NCBI GenBank assembly: GCA_964016885.1
Contig: OZ024743.1
Span: 360,096,001 to 360,160,000 of the forward strand
Origin: Eledone cirrhosa
Taxonomy: Eukaryota
Direction of reading: 5' to 3'
DNA: 64,000 nucleotides
The position numbers and the translations under genes are program-made. Position 1 is the stretch's first letter; the number at the start of each line of letters is the position of its first letter. Below, in pieces: positions 53,920 through 64,000 of the stretch. The notes under the pieces were generated by a model. The model saw nothing but the letters and a program-made list of their open reading frames with translations. It ran no database searches and had not been told where the DNA came from.

Positions 53920-55231
53920 TTAATTGTGTTCGATTACATACACACGCATGAAACACTAAAATAAATAAATACTTTATTATTTTTTTTTGAAAAGTTTTGT
54001 ATTGTATAGGTTCCGTGAAGAATTCAAATTATTTAGAGGGTTCCTCGGTTTTAGAAAGGTTGGCGACCACTGCTCTATAGGACACTAGCATGGAATTTCC
54101 AGTTCTCTAGTTTCGCTCCTCTCTTGATCCAAGAATGCAGCTTAGTCAAGGTGGTAAACTGTGTAAAGATGTGGTTGCCAAAGGGTGACCGCACATGTTT
54201 ACCTTTAGAAATATCTGCATATACCGTAGCTTCAGCGCATGTTTCCGCACACTCTGTTACAGTAATCCTGAGCCCTTCACACCATTGGTTTTGTCAGCAA
54301 ATTGACTACTTTTCTAGTGGAATCTGTACCTCCTACAAAAGGTGGAATGGCAGGCGCTCCAGTTAGGTGATGTACGAATTGTAGCAAGGCACGAGGGTCA
54401 GGCTGTAATATATGAGGAAGGGGATATATGCGTTCACCACCTCTGTCCGACCTTGCAGTAATAGTTTCCTCTCATCTCATTTCTGGATGAGAGTTACCAC
54501 CGTGCTGGTTACCTCTTCCCGGCTCTTATCCACTTAGACATCCCGGCTCTTATCCACTTAGAGGTCTGGACCTAACCAGAGCGCGAGACACGTTTTCGGT
54601 GCAAGTTAATTTTTGTCCCCTTTTAATTTCTTCTTCTATTCCTCATAGAAGTTGCAAAATACCTGGTTATCCGGGTTATTCTACAATATTACAGTGTCGT
54701 GGTCTGCATATGCGAATGCAGCCTTTTCACAAATTATTTTATTCTATTTTTCTAAGATTTTAATACTACCATGCGGACCGTTAGAAGCCCAATACTTCCT
54801 ATAGCCATTCAGCCACCTCAATCTATTTCTTAGCCTACAGCAAATTTCTTTGTTGGTGTTTATTACGAACAGCAGTAGAAAATCTATTCTCTCTCCTCAC
54901 ACGAGGTAAAACTATATTCTGATTTAAGCTGCTCTATTTCAATTACTTTTTGGGGGGGCTCTATTAAAATGTGTGTTCCACTAAGGTACTTTACACAGTT
55001 GATCATTTTGTGTCCCACTCACCACTATATCCTGATCTACCGCAAACATCATGAAAGGTAGAACTTTGTAGCACACACACCACCCCAGGAACAACTACCA
55101 CCAGTCCTACCAGTAATACTACCAACATTATTATATGGCAAGCCTACCTTAAATGTGTATAAAATCACACCCCACGCTAGGCCAGCCGCATATAACAATA
55201 ATAACAATGATAATAATAATCGTTACTACTT

Positions 55232-55385
55232 TTGGCACAAGGCCAGCAAATACCCAGTGCATTACTGGTAATTTATTTTATTGACCCCGCAAGGATGAAA
55301 GGCAAAGTTAACCTTGGCGGGATTTGAACTCAGAATGGAAATGGACGTAACGCATGGCGTCCGACCCCCTACCGATACTGCCAAT
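55232..55385 (-). mobile_element. Octopus-type tRNA-derived SINE
   Basis: Minus strand ttctgagttcaaatcccgccaaggttaactttgcctttcatcc..gggtcaataaaataaattaccagt..gctggccttgtgccaaaag, with (ATT)n tail. Confidence 0.8.
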
Positions 55386-55559
55386 CCTAAGTAGTAATTA
55401 TGATGATAATGATGTTAATGGTGATCATGATGCTGGTAAAGGTGATGATGACGATGATAATGGTAATAGTGATAATAATAATAATGGTAATGCTAGTGAC
55501 AATAGAGTTGGTATTGATAATAAAAATAATTATTTCTTCATTATTGGCTACAAGGGCCG

Positions 55560-56131
55560 AACATAGAATACAATACAAAGACAGGACAGTGGGGGGTTGA
55601 CATGGAATCGACTAAAGAAATAACAAAAACAATTAACAAAAAATATCAACAACAGAATTTCCCAATAGGGGGAGACGTTAAGAACCCCATAAATCCCAAC
55701 CCATCCTCATCTCCAAGAACATCCTAGGAGGGTGCGCTTCTCTCTCACCATCTTCCCAGCCAACAGGAGCGTGTTCTGAATGGGCTCATTCACACGAGCC
55801 ATCCTCGCAACAATCTCCTACGTTTTAGAAAATACTCTGGGGGATAGCATTTCTCTCTCCACCTTCACATTCCTTTTCAAGTGGAACGAAACTTGAAAAA
55901 GCTGACGACGACTTGGCCGAAGAGGAAATTCTCTGTCGTTAGATATTTCAGTCTCGTCCACAACACAACGTCTTTCGCTATAGGTGTCAGACAGAAGAAA
56001 ATGGCCTGCTCTTCCTGGTTAAAAGAAGGCAGCGGGGTGATCTTTACTATTGATTGGGTCGAAGTGCAAACATCTAGCCCTGACTCATTATAAAACTGTG
56101 GGACATCATAGAAAAAGTGAGCCACTGGCAT
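55560..56131 (-). mobile_element. L1/Tx1-like LINE 3' fragment
   Basis: IFFCL..IAKDVVLWTRLK..FFKF..LKRNVKVERE..F. T-rich 3' UTR. Confidence 0.45.
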
Positions 56132-56600
56132 TTATGCAAACTGAAAGATTTATTCCATTCTGAAATGTGGTATGAACATAAGCCGGAGTCGGTGACAAAA
56201 AAAAAAAGATCGTTTGAAGGTGGTGTGGGATTTCAGCATACAAACAGATAAAAAATTAGAATACCCGGTAGTTTTTGATAAAGAAAGGTGATCTTGTTTA
56301 AATGAAGATGTAACTTGCCCCTTTGACACACGAGTGTAAGAAAAGAAGAGAAATATTAAACGGAGTTAGGGTTTAAAGTGGCATCTAAAAAAGATTTGGG
56401 ATTGCCATAAGATCAAGGTTATCCCTTTTATCATAGAAGCACTAGGTACTATCTCGAAGAGTTTCCAAGGCTGGCTAAACAACATTATCCCAGTCCCTTT
56501 TTATGCAACACTTATGCCTACTGGGGTAAGCAGGGACCCTCAGATGCGTCCTGAACATCTGCGGCTACAGGTAACCGCTTGATGTTCATTCGGGCAAATT
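56132..56600 (+). mobile_element. Decayed R4/Dong-like RLE LINE 3' fragment
   Basis: WYEHKPESV..VVWDFSIQTDKK..DVTCPFD..LKKIW..IKVIP.II.ALGTISK remnants. Confidence 0.7.
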
Positions 56601-57957
56601 TTTTGGAGAAATTACATCTATGCCTAGATATCCAATTCATAGTAATATTAATAATAATTTCAGACAGCGACGATATTGGTGACTGAAAGATAATTTTAGA
56701 TTATGCTTGTAATCGGATATCGATGTTTATTATACGTACACATTCCTTTCAAGATATATCGCTTAAATGATAATTAAAGAAAATATGTGCAAGTATGAAA
56801 TATAATAAAGAATCCCACCATAAAGCACCTCAAAATATAGTAATAACTTCCAGACAAGATTAAAAATAATCTACAACTGAGGAAGTATGTCATACAGTAA
56901 AGAAGTGCACGAATAAAGTTTTATCAGTCGGTAACTCCGTCAAAGACTGTACAAAATAAGATAGCCAAGAAACCAAATGACGAATGACTCAGTTCACGTT
57001 AGAGACATGCGTCTCTTCTCATATGTTGTGGAGCAGAAGCTGCGGTCGATAAGTATACATTAAAAAAATAAACAGTATGGGTTGAGAAAATTAGATTTGC
57101 CCTGGAGTTATTTCTAAGATATGTAGTATTAATAGGAAACTGTGATTAAATTGTATTACTCTTTTACTGCTCTACATGTTCCAGTCGATGGGCTTTGGTG
57201 ACGTGACCCTTTCTTATTAGATGGATTTATACTCTAAATCTGTCGTTATTTGTGTTTTGGCTGATGATTAATCCCAGTTGGAGAGCGTTATAAACATCCC
57301 AAATCATTCACATCACGACGGTCAGGTATATTTGTGCATTGTTTATTTCAGATTATATCATTCGATCTGCATGTTTTTTAAGAAAACCCGGTGGAGAAAT
57401 TTGACAACTTGGCTGCTACTTATGATAAGTCGCCTGATCAAGGAGTTCCTTCATTGTCTTCCTAAATTGGATTGGTTGTCTGATTTGAATTTTTGTCTTA
57501 CTAACATAAACCACTAAAACGTACTGAATGTGGTGTATAAAAATCGATGAAATGTTTACATACAGAAAAATTATTGAAAATAAATAGAAATATTTCCAGT
57601 GTTGCTATTATTGATCAACAAAGGCGTATACTATAAAGGGATGCTATACAGGGAATACCACTAAGGGTCATTTTCATTTGGGAAATGTTTTGTGAATGTG
57701 TTCAACTTAAGAAAGGATGTTATAAGTGAGACAAAACGTGTAACAGTGGTATATTTCAGAGTAGGATACGAATGAAATCTAAGTGATAAACATATAGCCA
57801 TCGATATTAGCATTATATTCATAAATACATTTCACCTTGTTGGTGTTATATCTGCGCAAGAGATGTAAAGTTTCTGTCATTTGTAAATGCTAACAAAACT
57901 TTGACCATAAGCTGTAGTACTTACAGCTGGAATTTGTAAATTTATAAATAGAATTCC

Positions 57958-58040
57958 TCCTTCCTTACGGGGTCGATAAAATAAAGTACCAGTAATGCAA
58001 TTGGATAATTGCTGGCCTTGTGCCAAAAGTAGAAATAATT
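57958..58040 (+). mobile_element. 5'-truncated SINE copy
   Basis: Near-identical to 51476-51550. Confidence 0.8.
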
Positions 58041-58307
58041 ATATACATATCATATTATATGCTCTCAACATAAAATTCACACCCAGTATTAGAACTACTA
58101 GCTCTGAATTGTGACATATTATATATTCTCAACATATTACGTCCATCCAGTTTAACACATGGATTATAATTTCATGTACAATCTCTATTAATTTCTAATA
58201 ATTTTGATCGGTTCTTTATGATAGTTACTATCTATATTGGCCTATTGTATATATACTCCTTTTCACGTTATTTCATATTTTATTCCATTTACTCTTCTAT
58301 TCTTCTA

Positions 58308-58406
<99 letters not shown>

Positions 58407-58663
58407 GGTGTTGGATGCTTAAAGCGTCCGTATGCGGTAGGTCGTATGAGCACCCGATGCTCTCACAGAGCAGAGTATGATATTACAGAAAAATGGAAAA
58501 TAGGAAAATCTGCTTCGTAGAATCAAGACGTATCTGAGACCATGCGATTTTCAGAGACAGATTCGATCATCACATCGATCGTGCCTCGAGCTGGTCGCCA
58601 GAAAAACGATTGTAATATGTTCAATAAATTCCATTCGTCGCAACACTGATTCTCCTTTTTTCT

Positions 58664-58727
<64 letters not shown>

Positions 58728-60865
58728 GGAGTCCGACAGATACCAATTTGGCTTGATGATGGAATTAATAAAAATCAATTATTCAGTCCATTAAAAAAAT
58801 AATTCGGGAAACGTTAATAAGATAAAGAAATATTTACCTATTTACCTATATATACATGTATGTATACAAATATAAACATACATATATTTTTCCTCTTTAC
58901 TCAAACAGCTACTCGCTAAAAGTGTCGTAGGACTTGGTAGAAATAAATGTTCGTGCAAACAAAAGAAATTAATAAAAAGCAATATTCAAAGGGATTTTCG
59001 AATTCAATGCGAAATTACTGATATCGAGTTTACATCTAAGTTTAATGAACTGCATTAATACTTAGGAACATGATTTCAGCACTGCCTATATCTGTAGACA
59101 ATAACTTAATATGGCATTCATATTTTATGATTCTGTACTGACAGGAGCTTTCTTTGGACTCGGCTTAATATTTCAATCTCCTGACAATTTATTCTCCATA
59201 AATACTATTTCTTATTATATACTTGCGTTTATCAATAGATTGCACTTTAAAGATCTACAGTAATGAATTACTAATATAAAGACAATGCTGTATATTATTC
59301 CAAATGATTTTAATTACCTTGCATCAACGTTATCGCTTCTATTTATAGAATTTGAATAATGACAAACATATTCGAGCAACGGTCGACATACCTTGCAATA
59401 TTTCGTCTTTTCCCAATAGAATCACATAATTTCAGATCCCGTCACCATTTTAATTTTGCCGCCTTTTCTGCTGTTATTATGATGGGTACAGTTCTGTAAT
59501 AATACTCAATGAACACAAGATAACCCTCAATAGAGAATTCACGCCTTAAGATAACATTAGGAATGTTGATTATTAATTGTGATAATGACAATAATACTCA
59601 TGTGCCTTATTTAAGCCCGTTGTAATATTTAGTTTCAGCTGCTAATATTTTGATTTAAATTGTCGATATACAATGAACTTGACTTGTACTGATATTTTTC
59701 TTTTCTTTGTCTTCATTTTACTTTTCTCACTTCACCAGATTTTTTATCGTATCCGGTGTCGGATATCATTACCTAAAGTATTAAATATAAAACGTTTTTA
59801 TTTTTAAAATGTTTCCAGCGTGACTGGTTGCGCACAGAAACTATTTTGATGGTCCCAACATGTTGGAATTTGTGTACTATTATCTCCTATTAGTAAATTG
59901 TTAACCTTTGTTTGAACTGAAATTACTATAGAATTACGACCGTTTGAAACAATTTTTCTAAATATTCTAATCTTTTCTAACTTGTTTCAGTTATCCGTTT
60001 CTTTCCAATAAATGATGACAGGCATGAAGATAGCACAGCAGATGAAAACGCACATTGTAATACTTGCATTAAAGGCAGAGCATTTGGATTTATAGATTGC
60101 TCGTTTCGGGAGTGTTGCACGGTCATTTGTCTAAGTTTTCAAAAAACAGGATGCCTCTGACGGGCAATGTACAGCAGTAGCTAAACGGAAAACGCTTGCT
60201 AATGATCATAATATCACCCGAACACTCAAATACGTACAGAAAATGTAGAAAATTATCTGTAAGAACCAAGGATTTCAATTAATGCCATTTCAAGGCACAC
60301 TATCGGAATAAAAGTGCATTCGGACCATCGCTACAAATCATGTGTGATCCGTAGAATCCAGTTCATGTTATGAAAGAGAAACGATCATCCTCTGATTCGC
60401 ACAGAGCGCTTGTGGAGCACATACCAACCCCAGGAACCTGGTGCGTTTTGTTTGTTTCTGATGAGAAAAACGTTCACGAAAGATCAACCAAAGTTATAAT
60501 ATATAGTTATGTAGAGCTCCTGAAATGTTCTAATGTTCATCCACACAGAGGCTCTGGCAACTGGGAACAACAAGAGAAGTATCATGTCACCTCACTTCAT
60601 TCCTCAGGGCTTCAGAGTCAAGACTGCTGACTATAAGGAGGTGTTGGAGATGATTTTGGATAGAGGATCAAGCAAAGAAAGAGCGCAAACCTACCAATAA
60701 GATGGTGCGTCGTCTCATAAGGCCGGATTGGTCCAGGAATTGATGGGTTACAAAGTCCACAATAACGTAACCCGTGTAGTATAAATTGGGGAATTTGTGA
60801 AAGTGTTAGTTTGTAGGAGAAATATGAAGCTATATGCTATATATATATATATATGTATGTATGTA

Positions 60866-60921
<56 letters not shown>

Positions 60922-63219
60922 TGTGTGTATAAGTTGTTGTATATATAAGAGGTATTATAAACAATTGGACAATTGGACATTGGAGGCACAGCATCTTTAG
61001 AGCATCTGATAAAATGCCGCGCTGTTAAAAATCCCGCAGAGTCCAACTATGCTTTTAAATTCTTCCAAAATCGTTGTAATAGTGGACCAGTCCTGTAATG
61101 AACTTACCACCCTCCTATAACTTTATGGACAGTTGTTAGAGACACACAAGGAATAGAGATACAAGAACAAACCACGGGAATGTAAGATACTATGGAATAG
61201 GATATTCTAAAATCATATAACGGTTCGTTTCATATGTTTCATATTCCAGTTCCATTGTTATATTTTGTCATCCCTTTTAGTTACATTATTTTGTTCGTGC
61301 CTCAACCGCAATTCACAGTATTCTAACATTGTAGTTAATACGGCATTGTTGCAACAGGAGAGCATCTACGTGTTCAATTGAGCTGGTGATTATATCAGCT
61401 AATTTTCCTTCAAACCACAGACATCTGTCGTAATTAAATGAGACGAATGATTGGATAAGGCAGGTCTCAGATGCATTATTTTGGGAAATACGACTTCATT
61501 GTTACGGCTAGAACGTCTTTGATAATTGGTCAACGTGGTGAAACATATCTTGGGCTAAACATCAACTACCCCGCCTGAGTAACCAAATATTGTTTCTTAC
61601 GCAGCAACTATCACAAGAAAGCCTCTGTATATTCTTAAACATTTTCTTCTCAGCGTAAAAGACAAAGCTATATAATACATCTCTTTGTTATATTTGATTT
61701 AATCAATGCGTGTTTGAAGAAAAGAAGCATGATAAATAGATATACTTCCAGTGCACATAAAAGTTAGGACATCGAAGATGCTTCGATAATGTATAAAGTA
61801 GAATACATTAAAATAAATCGTTTTGAGACTTAAATTGTAGGAAAATATTTCCAATCATTGAATGGATTTCTTTCTTGCTTGGTTACACTATTGGTTCAAA
61901 TAAGCTGGAAATATATTTCTAATATGTTTACAAACATTATCCAGTTATTAAAGAAGTTCATATATATGTAAAATAATTGCACTTAGAGAGAGGATATTAG
62001 ATTATGATAATAACATTTGCAGTATTTCACTTAAGCGAATAACATAAGCAACTCGTTTTGAATATAAAACATAGAAAAACGAGATAATATTGGATTCTTG
62101 TACAGAGAAGAGATGGTTTCAAATAATAGATAGGCATGTCCATTAAATCATGGTCCGTAAAGATTTTGACGGGAAAGTATTTGCAATTTTCCTTATGATT
62201 TCCTTCTTAAATTGCTTTGATTGTTGGGAGTAAAGATCTTAAAGTGTATTTAAAAATCTCACAATCAATATAGTGGTGGTTAACGGCTGACAGCTTTTTC
62301 CAAGTTACTGACGATATTGATTAAATGTCAACCGTAGATAAAAGAACTACAGACAAACCTCTATACATCCAGGAAATATTTCTCTCCAACTGTTGCCCTG
62401 GAGTGCAAACCTTTATATTTGACTAGGTTTTGAAGACTACTGTCTATAATTAACTATAGCACACTAAAACATACGATATTTGATTTCTCCAACTGAATTT
62501 GTTCTATCTATTCTTTAGGCTGTGTGTATCGAACAATAAAATTTCAATCGAAATCTACTTGGAAGTAAGAATATGGCTTGAGTCGAGAGAAGATATAAAT
62601 AACTGTTACTGCAAAAAAGAATGTCAAATGATAACATTTTGAAAGTTGAAAAGGAACATAGAGTATTGTATACTACACTTATTGCTACATATAAGGAATA
62701 CAAAGTACATAGAACTTTTTTTTCCGTCACAAAAGAAATGCTATTCATGTTCTTTTAAGAAATAGTTTGTTTTTTCTAGTTATAAACAAAGTTCTGCACA
62801 TCATTCCCAACGTATGATGCAACATTAATACATTCCATTGTGATATAAGTTTTCTATCATTTCGATTTCACTTTCTAGAAATACAGCTATACCAATACAT
62901 CTCCATCTGAATAACTTTATAAATATAGATGACAAACTCTCTTTCAGATGAGAAAGACTACCTTTCAGATTATTTAATTAGATCTATTTTATGATAACAG
63001 CATCACTCTCAAATTCGACATTTAGGTTGTTAACTGTATCCAATATCATTTCAGAAATATCTTAATAGTTGTTCATAGAACAATTATAGACCATTGACAT
63101 TGTAACTTTACAAGTTGCTGAATAATCATATTTCACCATTAAAATGATCATTACTGTAACTGAAACTATTATTTACAGAAGCACAAGAAAATGAACACAT
63201 GTCATTTTAGCGATAATTG

Positions 63220-63365
63220 TGTGCGGATACATGCGTTGCGTAGGTTCAGTATGTGCGTGCGTGTTCTTTTGTGTACGTGCTTCATTTTGCATACCCATGG
63301 CGGGTGTTTTCGCGTATGCATGTGTATGTACGTATATCGATGCGTGCATGTTTATATTTAATTTT
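63220..63365 (+). mobile_element. Fragment of the Naiad family A 3' UTR
   Basis: Similar to 9325-9470. Confidence 0.6.
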
Positions 63366-63414
63366 TAAAAATCATTGCCCTTACTATTGGGAGAAACCTT
63401 GTATATATATATAT

Positions 63415-64000
63415 GCTACTGGCAACATGTATCCCAGTACAACCTGTCTCATGGTCGGGTCGTTGGCGACTAAACTGGCAACCCCACCAAGGTTTCTTGG
63501 TGAGGAGGGTGACTTTGAACATCCTGCAGGACTAAAAACAAAACCTGTCAAAGGGCAAAGGAGCTCTTAAGAGTTAATGGCCATCCAAAATCACCGGGAA
63601 AGATGACCCCTTAGCCTTTGTCAAGGCAGAATTCTAGGAGAAGGAAAACTTTGATATTACACCTGCAACCCTGATGGCATCCAATGATGTTGACTTGTTC
63701 TTCTTTTTGTTAAATATCATCTTGGTTAAGAGAGTGGGACTGGCTTTGTGCAGTGCCTTTGCTCACTATAAAAGCTTCACGGCACAGGCATTGCTTTATG
63801 TCTGGAAATCTCTCTGCACTTGTCATCACATGGTACCATGGGCCCAGCACTATGTGTCAATTATTGTCACAAGTGTACTGTTTGTACCAGAGTTTTCAAG
63901 TCGCTGGCTGGACTAAAAAGTCACAATCGTTCGCGCATCTGTAGGGGTTCTCCTACATGGATATAAAGTAGTGGCCGTACTCGAAAACAAGTTGGCAGCC
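63415..64000 (+). mobile_element. Internally deleted RTE-type element (5' UTR joined to the C-terminal zinc finger)
   Basis: 5' UTR motif tctaggagaaggaaaact and C-terminal CTVCTRVFKSLAGLKSHNR at ~63874-63930. Confidence 0.55.

Larger units (their letters stand above)
50567..54072 (+). mobile_element. Full-length hAT (Buster/Charlie-type) DNA transposon
   Basis: TIRs cagtggtcgccaa (50567) and ttggcgaccactg (54060-54072). Perfect 8-bp TSD ctctatag (50559-50566 and 54073-54080) with the Buster-type nnnTAnnn pattern. Confidence 0.95.

Noticed and set aside
60450-60492. CTGATGA..GAAA-gatc motif (similar weak hits at ~56876 and ~58528)
   Set aside because: Cleavage triplet and stems are missing. 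Consistent with chance or heavy decay.

Overview
AT-rich, repeat-dominated eukaryotic DNA with no intact host gene visible. Several SINE copies resemble the tRNA-derived SINEs I recall from Octopus, and a C2H2 zinc-finger relic fits a cephalopod origin (inference). Most short ORFs in the track are microsatellite artefacts. The window is a graveyard of mobile elements, many sitting in (TA)n arrays. These include Penelope-like elements (PLEs; Naiad-type and Neptune-type GIY-YIG, plus one restriction-like-endonuclease fragment that may be Hydra-clade), a Helitron PIF1-helicase relic, a complete but decayed hAT/Buster transposon with TIRs and an 8-bp TSD, RTE, R4/Dong-like and Tx1-like LINE pieces, SINEs and a tiny mariner-type MITE. 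The signal the ORF track misses is RNA-level: about 20-25 type I hammerhead ribozyme (HHR) motifs read by eye on both strands. Four unrelated families carry a compensatory U3-A8 core (UUGANAA). Three non-coding HHR-bounded units of about 426, 323 and 595 bp look like retrozymes. Many insertions are head-to-head fold-back palindromes with a one-sided tail. All structures were read manually and none was computed.
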